A stretch of 64,000 bases of DNA from Candidatus Methanomethylophilaceae archaeon. GTDB taxonomy: Archaea; Thermoplasmatota; Thermoplasmata; Methanomassiliicoccales; Methanomethylophilaceae. Positions within the stretch are counted from its first letter, which is position 1, and each line of letters opens with the position of its first letter. Below, in pieces: positions 10,791-20,964 of this stretch. Both the position numbers and the translations under genes were made by a program. Below the pieces are notes generated by a model. That model did no database searches. It saw only the letters and a program-made list of their open reading frames with translations, and was not told the origin of the DNA. The stretch covers positions 42,249-106,248 of the forward strand of contig CALUHR010000008.1 in NCBI GenBank assembly GCA_944320495.1, given 5' to 3'.

Positions 10791-11423
10791 TCGTTCGCTT
10801 GGCGGCATGATGAAGTGCGTCCAGAGGTGGGGCTCATAGACGGGCTTCTCGGTTCCCGCCATCCTTCCGGCGTTGATGCACTTCAGGAGCCACGCCATGT
10901 TCTGGGCGAGCGTGCGCATGGTCTGCAGCCCCTCCTCGTCCCTGCGGACGTCTTCGGGGGTGAAGCCATGGACCTGGTTCCAGTATTGTGATGGGACCAG
11001 CGGCATGTTGCAGATCGTGAAGTACTTGTTCAGGCGGTCGAAGGCCGCGGAAGCCCCGCCCCTGCGGCAGGACACGACAGATGCTCCGAGCTTGCCGGCC
11101 ATCCTCGCCGCATTGGAATAGAAGAACCTGTCCGCGAATGCGCAGACCTGACCAGACGGGCCAGCGTAGTACACAGGCGAGCCCAGAACGATTGCGTCGA
11201 ACTCGTCCAGCCTCTCCGCCAGGACGTTGACGTCGTCCTTGATCGAGCACCTGCCCTTCTTGGCGCAGTATCCGCAGTCCCTGCATCCAGCGGTGTCGTT
11301 CTTGATGTGATAAATCTCCGACTCGACGCCCTCCTTGGTGAGTGTTTCCGCAATCTCCTTCAGGGCGGTGTAGGTGCAGCCGTGCTCCTTGGGGCTGCCG
11401 TTGATAAGTAGAACCTTTGCCAT
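10791..11423 (-). CDS. Flavodoxin family / iron-sulfur flavoprotein (NADPH-dependent FMN reductase fold)
   Basis: LINGSP, GCRDCGYCAKKGRC, GSPVYY, RRGG; family-typical end THFI then MPPSE-CGA. Standard code runs to 10602, into the pseudogene. Confidence 0.88.
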
Positions 11424-11519
11424 AGTATCGCTCCGATTGGGCCGAATGGCCATACTGCGTCCCCAAATCGAGGACTGATAAGAACCCGCCATCCGAAGAC
11501 AGCGAGGTCTGGTTTGTTA

Positions 11520-12065
11520 TCAAATGGATGCTCCCAGCTTCCTGGCCTCGTCCAGGTCACCGTGACCCTTGATGTCCCCTACGGCCATGACGCCGCCGCA
11601 AAGTACCTTCCCCAGGCTCTTCCAGCCCAGGTGGCGTATGAGGTTGTCATAGTAGTTCACGACCTCGTCGAAGCCGTCGCCCTCGGCCGCCATGAGAAGG
11701 ACGCATTCCTTCACCGGGTTCCTGTAGTCCGGGTTGCACTCCGCCACCGCGAACAGACGGTCGAACGCCGTCCTGAGCTGACCGCTGAGGTTCCAGTAGT
11801 ACAACGGGGATGCCAGGACGACGACGTCCGTGGCCTTGTAGGCCGGATAGATGTCGTCCATCCCGTCCCTCTGGATGCACGGGTGGTCCGGGTCCTTCCC
11901 GCCGCAGAAGCATCCGCGACAGCCGTGGATGTCCATCCCCTGGAGGAAGAACGTCTCGACGGTGTTGCCTGCGCCCTCCGCGCCTTCGGTGAACGCCGTG
12001 ATGAGCTCGGATGTGTTGCCGTTCCTCCTGGGGCTCCCGTTGAGAACAACGATCTTCTTTGCCAT
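11520..12065 (-). CDS. Flavodoxin family / iron-sulfur flavoprotein
   Basis: VLNGSPRRNGNT, GCRGCFCG..C, ASPLYYW. Confidence 0.9.
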   Translation of the reverse strand: MAKKIVVLNGSPRRNGNTSELITAFTEGAEGAGNTVETFFLQGMDIHGCRGCFCGGKDPDHPCIQRDGMDDIYPAYKATDVVVLASPLYYWNLSGQLRTAFDRLFAVAECNPDYRNPVKECVLLMAAEGDGFDEVVNYYDNLIRHLGWKSLGKVLCGGVMAVGDIKGHGDLDEARKLGASI

Positions 12066-12068
12066 GTG

Positions 12069-12443
12069 TCACCCCTTCTTGATCGTGTCCGAGTTCTGGT
12101 TGTAGACCTTGGCTACGCACTTCCACTCGCCGTCTATCTTGATCATCATCAGGAAATCGCTGAAGTCGATGCGTCCTCCCCAGTTGTCCTCCAGGACGCG
12201 GACGATTGCCACGGTCTCCTCGATACAGAGGACGTCTATCCTGGCCTTGTACCCGGGGTCCGCGCCGACGGTGTCGATGTTGTCATACAGGTTCTGGATG
12301 GGGCCGTGCTCGAGTCTCCCGTCTAGGAACCCGAACATGACGGCCTCGGGGTAGAAGAGCTCCTTGGCGGGCGTGCTATTGCCCGAGCCGACGCTCTCGA
12401 CGAACTTCTCTGCCGCTCTCTCCACCGCATAGTACTCGCTCAT
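12069..12443 (-). CDS. NTF2-like (putative lumazine-binding family) protein
   Basis: About 124 aa; RIDVLCIEETVAIVRV, FSDFLMMIKIDGEWKCVAKVY. Confidence 0.8.
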   Translation of the reverse strand: MSEYYAVERAAEKFVESVGSGNSTPAKELFYPEAVMFGFLDGRLEHGPIQNLYDNIDTVGADPGYKARIDVLCIEETVAIVRVLEDNWGGRIDFSDFLMMIKIDGEWKCVAKVYNQNSDTIKKG

Positions 12444-12534
12444 GTCAGATCTCATTGCCGATCCCCTCAGCGACATGGTCGCTTTAGACAGACCATCTCT
12501 GGAAAGGATATAAGTCGCGCACTTTCGCGCACAT

Positions 12535-12565
12535 CAGTCACTCACCTGCGCTCCAGTCACTTACC
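12535..12565. promoter_or_regulatory. Tandem CAGTCACT(C/T)ACC direct repeat, candidate HxlR operator
   Basis: Copies at 12535-12546 and 12554-12565 in the divergent intergenic region. Confidence 0.4.
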
Positions 12566-12645
12566 CGGGGTGAAGCTTGGGCCATGCTTCATAAATTGAA
12601 GTGTGAGGGTTTTTTGAATCACGGTCGCATTATGTCGGACGGCGA

Positions 12646-12996
12646 GTGCCAATGGTCCAGTGCAGCATTCTCGAGGCCGACATAGATACGACGGGGTTCA
12701 GCTACACCCTGTCCCTGATCAATGGGAAGTACAAGATGTTCATCCTGTACGCCCTGATGGAGTTCGGCACCGTCCGCTTCAACGAGATGAAGGGGTACAT
12801 CAGGGGAATCTCCTTCAAGACGCTCAGCTCGAACCTCAAGGAGCTGGAGCAGGACGGCCTGGTGCACAGGGAGGAGTACCCGCAGGTGCCCCCGAAGGTC
12901 GAGTATTCCCTCACCGAGACCGGCAAGTCGCTCATCCCGATCCTCGACTCCATGTGTGAGTGGGGGGACGTCCATCGCGGAGACCGTCCGAGATGA
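12646..12996 (+). CDS. HxlR family winged-helix transcriptional regulator
   Basis: [42 protein letters not shown]. Confidence 0.93.
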   Translation: MPMVQCSILEADIDTTGFSYTLSLINGKYKMFILYALMEFGTVRFNEMKGYIRGISFKTLSSNLKELEQDGLVHREEYPQVPPKVEYSLTETGKSLIPILDSMCEWGDVHRGDRPR

Positions 12997-13082
12997 TGAC
13001 CGTCTGTAATGAGCATCATATTATCTAACACATTGTTCCTTATCCGCCCCATGGCCGAACTAGCGGCCCCGAGGGGAATCCA

Positions 13083-13592
13083 TTGTCGAAGGAACTTATC
13101 GCATTCTACTCAAGGGCCGACGAGAACTACTTCGCCGGTTCCTACAGATACGTGGACGTCGGGAACACCGAGATTGTCGCCGGAATGCTCCAGGAGCTCA
13201 CCGGGGCCGACATTTTCAAGATTGAGCAGGCGAAGCCCTACTCCAAGGACTACAACACCTGCATCGAGGAGGCCAAGGAGCACCAGAGGAGGGACGCGCA
13301 CCCCGAGCTGAAGTCCTGCCCGAAGAGCATCGACGGGTACGACACGATCTACCTAGGCTACCCGAACTACTGGGGGACGATGCCCATGGCCGTCTTCACC
13401 TTCCTCGAGAGGTACGACTTCACAGGCAAGACCATCCGACCCTTCTGCACTAACGAGGGCAGCGGTCTCGGCAGTAGCGTCTCCGACATCAGTAGCCTCT
13501 GCCCCGGGGCCAACATCGAGAAAGGCCTGGCCATCACAGGCGGACAGGCCAGGGGTTCCCGCCCCTCCCTCGAGCGCTGGCTCAAAGGATGA
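13083..13592 (+). CDS. Flavodoxin (Flavodoxin_4-like); contains an internal CGA at 13437-13439
   Basis: GNTEIVA, YLGYPNYWGTMPMAV, PFCTNEGSGLG; TTG start. Would be truncated if CGA terminates. Confidence 0.8.
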   Translation: MSKELIAFYSRADENYFAGSYRYVDVGNTEIVAGMLQELTGADIFKIEQAKPYSKDYNTCIEEAKEHQRRDAHPELKSCPKSIDGYDTIYLGYPNYWGTMPMAVFTFLERYDFTGKTIRPFCTNEGSGLGSSVSDISSLCPGANIEKGLAITGGQARGSRPSLERWLKG

Positions 13593-13739
13593 CCCCCGAC
13601 GGTGGGGGCCGCTCCCATCCCGGCCCCCACCGACCCCGCGGACAAGTCCCAGACACGCTGCGTTCAGACGCGTAGTATAATAACAACACTTTTATAGAAG
13701 AACTAAATTGTCGTAATCAAACATACAGGTGATAATACC

Positions 13740-15356
13740 ATGTACGGTTCTGGAAACCAGCCCGTCATCGTGCTCAAAGAGGGCACGGAGAGGAGCAAAG
13801 ACAAAGAGGCTCAGTTCAACAACATCAGCGCCGCCAAGGCCGTTGCCGACGCTGTCAGGTCCACCCTGGGACCCAAGGGAATGGACAAGATGCTGGTCAA
13901 CACCATCGGCGATGTCGTCATCACCAACGACGGTGTGACCATCCTGAAGGAGATCGACGTCCAGCACCCCGCCGCCAAGATGGTCGTCGAGGTCGCCAAG
14001 ACCCAGGACGCCGAGTGCGGAGACGGGACCACCACCAGCGTCGTCCTCGCCGGGGAGCTCCTCAAGCAGTCCGAGACCCTCATCGACGCCAACGTCCACC
14101 CCACCGTCATCACCAATGGTTTCAAGATGGCCGCCGACAAGGCCGTCGAGATCCTCAACGAGATCGCCATCGACGCGAAATCCGACGAGGTCCTGAAGAA
14201 CGTCGCCTCCACCGCCCTGGTCGGCAAGTCCGTCGGCGATGAGGAGGAGGCCCTGGCCGAGATCGTCGTCAAGGCCTGCAAGTCCGTCGAGGAGGACGGA
14301 AAGGTCGACACCAAGAACATCCGCATCCAGAAGAAGGTCGGCGGAGTCATCGGCGACACCTACCTCGTGCAGGGAGTCGTCATCGACAAGGAGAAGGTCC
14401 ACTCCAGGATGCCCTCCCACGTCGAGGACGCCAAGATCGCCCTGTTCTCCTGCCCCCTTGAGGTCAAGAAGACCGAGTTCGACGCCCAGATCCAGATCAC
14501 CGACCCCACCATGATGTCCTCCTTCCTCGACGAGGAGGAGAAGTCCATGAAGGCCATGGTCGAGAAGATCAAGGAGGTCGGAGCGAACGTCGTCTTCTGC
14601 CAGAAGGGAGTCGACGAGCTCGTCCAGCACTACCTCTCCAAGGCCGGCATCCTCGCCTACAGGAGGCTCAAGGAGTCCGACCTCGAGGCCATCGCCAAGG
14701 CCACCGGCGCCAACATCGTCGGCAACGTCATGGAGATGACCAAGGAGGACCTCGGAACCGCCGGAGCGGTCGACGAGAAGCAGGTCGGAGAGGACGGCAT
14801 GGCCTTCATCACCGGCTGCAAGAACCCCAAGGCGATCACCATCTTCGTCCGCGGCGGAACCGAGCACGTCCTGGAGGAGGTCGAGAGGGCCCTCAACGAC
14901 TCCATCCGCGTCGTCGGTGTCGCCATCGAGGACGGAAAGGTCGTCGCCGGTGCCGGAGCCCCCGAGATCGAGCTCGAGCTCAGGCTGGACGACTACGCCG
15001 CATCCGTCGGAGGACGCGAGCAGCTCGCCATCGAGAAGTTCGCCAAGGCCATGGAGATCATCCCCTGGACCCTCGCCGAGAACGCAGGTATCGACCCTAT
15101 CGACAGCATCATCAAGCTGAAGAACGCCCACGAGAAGAAGGAGAACGGCGCCGTCTACGCCGGTCTCGACCTCGACAGCGGCGACGCCGTCGACATGAAG
15201 GCCAGGAACGTCCTCGAGCCCCTCAGGGTCAAGGTCCAGGCCATCAACTCCGCCCAGGAGGTCGCCAACATGATCCTCAGGATCGACGACGTCATCGCGT
15301 CCCGCAGGGCCCCTCCGGCGCCTCCGCAGGGAGCCGGCGGAATGCCCGGAATGTGA
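13740..15356 (+). CDS. ths: Thermosome subunit (group II chaperonin)
   Basis: [29 protein letters not shown] tail. Confidence 0.97.
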   Translation: MYGSGNQPVIVLKEGTERSKDKEAQFNNISAAKAVADAVRSTLGPKGMDKMLVNTIGDVVITNDGVTILKEIDVQHPAAKMVVEVAKTQDAECGDGTTTSVVLAGELLKQSETLIDANVHPTVITNGFKMAADKAVEILNEIAIDAKSDEVLKNVASTALVGKSVGDEEEALAEIVVKACKSVEEDGKVDTKNIRIQKKVGGVIGDTYLVQGVVIDKEKVHSRMPSHVEDAKIALFSCPLEVKKTEFDAQIQITDPTMMSSFLDEEEKSMKAMVEKIKEVGANVVFCQKGVDELVQHYLSKAGILAYRRLKESDLEAIAKATGANIVGNVMEMTKEDLGTAGAVDEKQVGEDGMAFITGCKNPKAITIFVRGGTEHVLEEVERALNDSIRVVGVAIEDGKVVAGAGAPEIELELRLDDYAASVGGREQLAIEKFAKAMEIIPWTLAENAGIDPIDSIIKLKNAHEKKENGAVYAGLDLDSGDAVDMKARNVLEPLRVKVQAINSAQEVANMILRIDDVIASRRAPPAPPQGAGGMPGM

Positions 15357-15378
15357 TTCCGTAAAAACGCCCACATCC

Positions 15379-15406
15379 GGGGGCGGGGGTCTTGCCCCCT
15401 CGCCCC
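15379..15406 (+). terminator. GC hairpin terminator after thermosome gene
   Basis: ggggcggggg-tcttg-ccccctcgcccc followed by a pyrimidine tract. Confidence 0.6.
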
Positions 15407-15448
15407 AAACCTTCCTTCATTTTATACAGAGAATGAGATGCGTTCCCC

Positions 15449-15766
15449 ATGAGAGGCGCCATCAATGCCGATCCGGACCAGGCCGTCAGGGGCTACCGCT
15501 CCCTCAGGCTCCTTTCCGTCGTCCTGGTCGTGTGCGCTATCTTGGGACACGTCCTGGGCCACGGATGGCTCACACTCGTCTGCGCCATATTCGCGGCCGT
15601 TCTGCTCGCCTTCGAGGCCCACATCTCCCTGAAGGTCTACAAGAACCCCCCGCACCTCGATGATGACAGCCCCACGGCGACCATCCGCTACGCGTCCCCG
15701 GAACACAGCAGGCTCGTCAACGATCTCATCTACTTCGAGACCGTCGAGGAGAGGGACCGCGAATGA
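15449..15766 (+). CDS. Small two-TM hypothetical membrane protein
   Basis: 105 aa, two hydrophobic segments, host-like codon usage. Confidence 0.6.
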   Translation: MRGAINADPDQAVRGYRSLRLLSVVLVVCAILGHVLGHGWLTLVCAIFAAVLLAFEAHISLKVYKNPPHLDDDSPTATIRYASPEHSRLVNDLIYFETVEERDRE

Positions 15767-15881
15767 GGAGGCCCTGCCCTTCCGTACGCAACGGTTTTCA
15801 CAACGGTCCACGATTATTGAGACGATAGGATTCCCGCGGCACGGGCATTGTCGAGGGGATCCGGACCGAGGGGGTTAGGAC

Positions 15882-16985
15882 ATGGCCGACATGGAGTACA
15901 GGAGACTGCCTCACGGCGGGGAGGAGATCAGCGTAATCGGATTCGGGACGGGGTTCAACGAGTTCCCAGGCCACGAGGCGATGGTGCGGACCATACGCTT
16001 CGCGCTCGACTCCGGCATCAACCTGCTCGATCTCACGCCATGGGATGCCAGGGTGCTGGGGGCCTTCGGCGAGGCCCTGAGGGGGAGGCGCGAGGACGCA
16101 TACCTCCAGATCCACTTCGGGTCCGACTACCCCTCCGGAACCTACGAGAGGATCCACGGGCTTGACAGGGTCAGGAAGGCCGTGGAGCGGCAGATGGCCC
16201 AGGTTGGCACCGACTACATCGACTTCGGATTCATACACTGCCTCGACGATCCGCAGGTCTTTGAGGACGAGTTCTCCAACGGCACCATCGACTATCTCCT
16301 GAAGCTCAGGGATGAGGGTATCGTGCGCCATGTGGCGCTGTCCACCCACACCCCCTCCATCGCCAACAGGGTCCTCGACGAGGGATTCCTGGACCTCCTG
16401 ATGTTCAGCATCAACCCCGCCTATGACTACCAGCATGGGCAGTACGCCTTCGGCGGGACCGACGAGAGGGCGGAGCTCTACACCCGCTGCATGACCGATG
16501 GCGTTGGGATATCGGTCATGAAGCCGTTCAGCAAGGGGCAGCTGCTGGATCCATCCCTGTCGCCTTTCGGGAAGGGTCTCACCGTCAACCAGTGCCTGCA
16601 GTACGCCCTAGACAAGCCCGGCGTGGTGTCGGTTCTGCCCGGCATCAAGGGGATGGACGACCTCCGCGGTGTGCTGTCGTTCCTGGACTCCACACCGGAG
16701 GAGAGGGACTACTCCGTGGTGAGGACGTTCTCCCCGCCGGACGTGTCCGGGAGATGCGTCTACTGCAACCACTGCCAGCCCTGTCCTCGGGGCATCAACG
16801 TCGGACTGGTCAACAAGTACTACGACCTCGTCCTCGCAGGCGACGCACTGGCCGCCGACCACTACATGAACCTCTCGCTCAAGGCGGGTGACTGCGTCGG
16901 ATGCGGCCACTGCAACGATGTCTGTCCGTTCCATGTGGACCAGGTCAGGAGGATGGCGGAGATCCGGGACCGCTTCGGGCAGTGA
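15882..16985 (+). CDS. Aldo/keto reductase with C-terminal 4Fe-4S domain
   Basis: ISVIGFG, TDYIDFGFIHC, VMKPF; CVYCNHCQPCP and CVGCGHCNDVCP. Confidence 0.92.
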   Translation: MADMEYRRLPHGGEEISVIGFGTGFNEFPGHEAMVRTIRFALDSGINLLDLTPWDARVLGAFGEALRGRREDAYLQIHFGSDYPSGTYERIHGLDRVRKAVERQMAQVGTDYIDFGFIHCLDDPQVFEDEFSNGTIDYLLKLRDEGIVRHVALSTHTPSIANRVLDEGFLDLLMFSINPAYDYQHGQYAFGGTDERAELYTRCMTDGVGISVMKPFSKGQLLDPSLSPFGKGLTVNQCLQYALDKPGVVSVLPGIKGMDDLRGVLSFLDSTPEERDYSVVRTFSPPDVSGRCVYCNHCQPCPRGINVGLVNKYYDLVLAGDALAADHYMNLSLKAGDCVGCGHCNDVCPFHVDQVRRMAEIRDRFGQ

Positions 16986-17061
16986 CCCCTGGGACCCGAA
17001 CACGGGCCCTCGACAATCCTTTATAACGGCGGAGCCGATGCGTCTGCGGGATGGATGCACA

Positions 17062-17835
17062 ATGCGCGCAGCGCTATACGCCAGGGTCTCGACGGACGAC
17101 CAGGCGGTCGAGGGTTTCTCGCTCGACGCCCAGGTCAAGCGCCTCGAGGCCTATTGCAGGGTCCGCGGCTGGGAGGTCGGCGGGATCTACAGGGACGAGG
17201 GGTTCTCCGGCAGGAACACCAAGCGTCCGGAGTACGAGAGGATGATGCGCGAGTCCGACTCGTGGGACGTCCTCCTCGTTCTGAAGATGGACCGTATCCA
17301 CAGGAACAGCGTCAACTTCGCCCGCATGATGGACGACCTGCGCGACATGGGCAAGGAGTTCAACTCGGTCCAGGAGAAGTTCGACACCACCACCGCCATG
17401 GGACGGTTCGTCATGGACATCATGCAGAGGATCGCCCAGCTGGAGAGCGAGCAGATCGGCGAGAGGACGTTCATGGGCATGGAGTTCAAGGCCCGCAACG
17501 GCACCGGAAACCTCGGCTCCGGCCACCCGTACGGATACGTGTACACCGAGCACGGCCTGGAGGTCGTGAAGGATGAGGCGCATACGGTGCGCGCGATCTA
17601 CAACATGTACGTAAGGGGCTCCACCATGGAGGACATCGCCGGATTCCTCAACAGCGCCGAGATCCCCGCCAAGAAGGGCGGCAAGTGGAACAGGCAGTCC
17701 GTCTGCAACATCCTCCACAACCCGCTCTACGTGGGATACTCGGAGTGGAACGGCATCCTGCGCAAGGGCGAGCAGCAGCCCATCGTCGAGATGGCGGTCT
17801 TCGAGAAGGTCAACGGGCCGTTGGAGATCCAGCGA
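17062..17835 (+). CDS. Serine recombinase (resolvase + recombinase domains), copy 1
   Basis: ALYARVST, DEGFSG, KMDRIHRN; CGA 17833-17835 overlaps the next ATG. Standard end 17856. Confidence 0.92.
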
Positions 17836-18692
17836 TGCGTGCGGCCATATACGTGAGGGTCTCCACCGAGGAGCAGGCCGCCGAGGGGTACTCCATCGAG
17901 GCCCAGAAGGAGCTACTCCAGGACTACTGCATCGTCGAGGGGTGGGAGGTCGCCGGCGTCTACGAGGACGACGGATTCTCCGGAAGGAACGACAAGCGTC
18001 CCGCCTACCGCAAGATGATGTCGGAGATGGACCTTTGGGATGTGGTCGTCGTCATCAAGATGGACCGTATCCACAGGAACAGCCGCAACTTCATGTCCAT
18101 GATGGACACGCTCACCAAGCATGGGAAGATGTTCGTGTCCTCGTCCGAAGCATTGGATACGACCAACGCCCTCGGGAGGTTCGTGGTCGACATGATACAG
18201 AGGCTCGCCCAGCTGGAGAGCGAGCAGATCGGCGAGAGGACGTACATGGGCATGCGCGAGAAGGCCGAGACCCTCGAGGCCGTCCAATCCGGTAAGAGGA
18301 CCATGGGCTTCACGCCGCCGTTCGGCTACCGTCTTGAGGACGGGGCACTCGTCGAGGACGAGGGGGAGCTCCCGATCGTCAGGCGCATGTTCGCCGAATA
18401 TGCCGAGGGCAGGCCCATGGATGCGATATGCTTCGGCCTCAACCGCGACGGGATACTCACCCGCAGGGGCAATCCCTGGAACAAGCGCAACCTCGCCAAC
18501 ATCCTCCACAACCCCGTCTACGCCGGGTACATGAGATGGGAGGACATCCTCATCCGCCACGATGCGGAGACGGTCCTCTCGCCGGAGCAGTTCAACGGCG
18601 TGCAGGAGCGCATCGCCTCCAGGATCAGGGACCCCTCCAAGAGGGGCGTGAATCTCCTTCCAACAGAGTCAGATTATGCGACGGGGATGCGA
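17835..18692 (+). CDS. Serine recombinase, copy 2
   Basis: AIYVRVST, DDGFSG, KMDRIHRN, TPPFGYR; CGA 18690-18692. Standard end TAG 18710. Confidence 0.92.
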
Positions 18693-18908
18693 ACCGGACG
18701 AGCCGGTTAGTTAACGGAGAACGTTCGGTGCAAATATCCCATATTATAAATAATGTATCCGAAAAAGTCCATTTGTTGACGTCTCAATCTCCATTGTCTG
18801 GCACATGCCTCTGGATGTCTATGCCTGTACGCATGCGCCACATATGGTATTAAATAGTGATTACGTCGAATCATTCCCCGGGTCCTAGACCCAATAGGAG
18901 GAAAACAA

Positions 18909-19433
18909 ATGACTGACGAATGCAAAACCATCGACCCGACGGCCTTCGGCCTGTTCTTCGTGGCCGTTGTGTCCCTTCCACTCGCCCTGGCCGGATTCTT
19001 CGGCTACATGGGCAACGAGTGGAACGCGACCATCATGGCTGGCGTCGGATCTCTGCTGATGGTAAACGGATTCTTCATTCTTCTCGCAGCGCTGTACGCC
19101 TACAAAGCCGGCAGCAACTTCGGATTCGTCGTATTCGGCCTCGTCTCCATGGGAGTGTTCTATGCCGGATACGGAGGGGGAGACCTCTGGATCAACGTCA
19201 CCTTCGGAATCATATTCCTGATCTGTCTGATCTGGTCCTACCGCGCAAAGACGCTGAAGACCCTGACGTTCATCCTGCTGACCACCGCCCTTGTGTTCAT
19301 CGCCAACGGCTGTGTTATCGAGACCGGTGCCGAGTGGTCCTGGCTGTTCCTCGGAATCGCCGCCATCCTCAACTTCATCCTCACTCTGTACCTGGCTTTC
19401 GCGCTCGCCGACGAGCACATCCGCTGTGTCTGA
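18909..19433 (+). CDS. Multi-pass membrane protein, possibly SatP/YaaH (GPR1/FUN34)-like
   Basis: GGAGG RBS; N-terminal DPTAFGLF resembles NPAPLGL; about 6 TM segments. Family call is tentative. Confidence 0.6.
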   Translation: MTDECKTIDPTAFGLFFVAVVSLPLALAGFFGYMGNEWNATIMAGVGSLLMVNGFFILLAALYAYKAGSNFGFVVFGLVSMGVFYAGYGGGDLWINVTFGIIFLICLIWSYRAKTLKTLTFILLTTALVFIANGCVIETGAEWSWLFLGIAAILNFILTLYLAFALADEHIRCV

Positions 19434-19507
19434 TCGGAGGACCTCAAACCCCTTACCGGCCTCTGGCCGGGACATCTTTATTTAAGCGTTCTCAATCACC
19501 GACCCTC

Positions 19508-19603
19508 ATGAAGAAGGAAATGAAGATCAAGATCGGTGCCTACTTCATGGTCATCATCATGGTCGTCGTCGTTGTAACGGCAGCCGCCTCCGCCCTGATC
19601 TGA
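19508..19603 (+). CDS. 31-aa single-TM small protein
   Basis: MKKEMKIKIGAYFMVIIMVVVVVTAAASALI; TGATG overlap with the SDR start. Confidence 0.5.
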   Translation: MKKEMKIKIGAYFMVIIMVVVVVTAAASALI

Positions 19604-20355
19604 TGATCGCCGTCGTCACCGGGGCATCGTCGGGCATCGGGGCCGAGTTCTGCAGGGCCCTGGACGGGGAGGGGCTGGATTCCATCTGGATCATCGCCAG
19701 GAGAGCCGACAGGCTGGAGGCCCTGGCATCCGAGCTCTCCACCCCCTGCGTCGTAATCCACGCGGATCTCACCGACAGGAAGCAGCTGTCCGAGCTCGTC
19801 GGACGCATAGGATCCTCCGGCGAGAGGGTCGACTACCTGGTGAACTGCGCCGGAGTCGGCAGGTTCGGAGAGACCTGGGAGCTCTCATCGGAGGAGACGC
19901 TGTCCATGATCGACCTGAACGTCTCCGCCCTCACGGAGATGTGCCGCGGATGCATCCCCCGCATGGAATCCGGATCCCGCATCATCAACGTCTGCTCCGC
20001 ATCCGCGTATCTTCCGCTGGAGCGCCTCAACGTGTATTCCGCCACCAAGGCGTACGTGCGCGCGTTCTGCAACGCCCTCGGAAGGGAGCTAAAGACCAGA
20101 GGCATCACGGTATTGGAGGTCTCCCCTGGATGGGTGGAGACAGATTTCATCCCGCTCTCCAGGTCCACAGGCGACGTTCCCGAGACTGTCTTCAAGCACA
20201 CCGTTAAGGCTCGCGACGTCGCCGTGAGGGCCATCGCCGACGCCAAGCACGGGAGGAAGCGCTCGATATGCGGCGCGTACAACAGGCTCCAGGTCTTCGT
20301 GTGCACCCACATGCCTCGCATGGCATCATACGTCTGGGGAAGGTCCCTGCTGTGA
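19603..20355 (+). CDS. Short-chain dehydrogenase/reductase (DltE-like)
   Basis: VTGASSGIG, NCAG, YSATK catalytic motif. Confidence 0.93.
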   Translation: MIAVVTGASSGIGAEFCRALDGEGLDSIWIIARRADRLEALASELSTPCVVIHADLTDRKQLSELVGRIGSSGERVDYLVNCAGVGRFGETWELSSEETLSMIDLNVSALTEMCRGCIPRMESGSRIINVCSASAYLPLERLNVYSATKAYVRAFCNALGRELKTRGITVLEVSPGWVETDFIPLSRSTGDVPETVFKHTVKARDVAVRAIADAKHGRKRSICGAYNRLQVFVCTHMPRMASYVWGRSLL

Positions 20356-20957
20356 CGACGGTCCTCCGCGAGTTCAGGGAGGGGGACTGCAAACCCATAT
20401 CCGCGATAATGTGCGACGTCTGGTCCATGGTGAGCTACGGCGCCGATGTCGCCATGCCCGGGTCGAGGATGTACTGCTGCCAATGCGTCCTCGGGTCGTC
20501 GTTCATCCGTGTGGCCGAGGTCGACGGGAGGATCGTCGGATGCGTCGGGGCCAGATACGGGAACGAGAGGGTCGATGCACCCTGGGCCGAGAGGATGCTG
20601 CGGCAAGAGAGGGATTCCTTGGCGAACTCCGAGGACGGGATGCGGATGATCGCCGAGTTCGAGTCCTACGATTCCATAGACAGGGACCTCGGCATCAGTA
20701 CCGAGATCGACACCGATGCGGAGCTCACCATACTCATCCTTTCCGAGGGTTGCAGGGGACTCGGACTGGGCAGGATGATGTTCAACGCCGCCTGCGATTA
20801 CCTTCGCTCCAAGGGCGCCGGGAGCATGATGCTGTACACCGACACCGACTGCAACACAGGGTTCTACGATGCCCTCGGCGCAGAGCGCGTGGCAACCTCA
20901 GGAATGATGTGCCTGGGGGAGCCGCTCGGAATGTTCCTTTACAGATATCCGCTGCGA
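20352..20957 (+). CDS. GNAT acetyltransferase
   Basis: GTG start overlapping the SDR stop; CRGLGLGR acetyl-CoA motif, YTDTDCNTGFY; ends MFLYRYPL-CGA. Standard end 21131 overlaps the convergent gene. Confidence 0.85.
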
Positions 20958-20964
20958 GGAGTCA

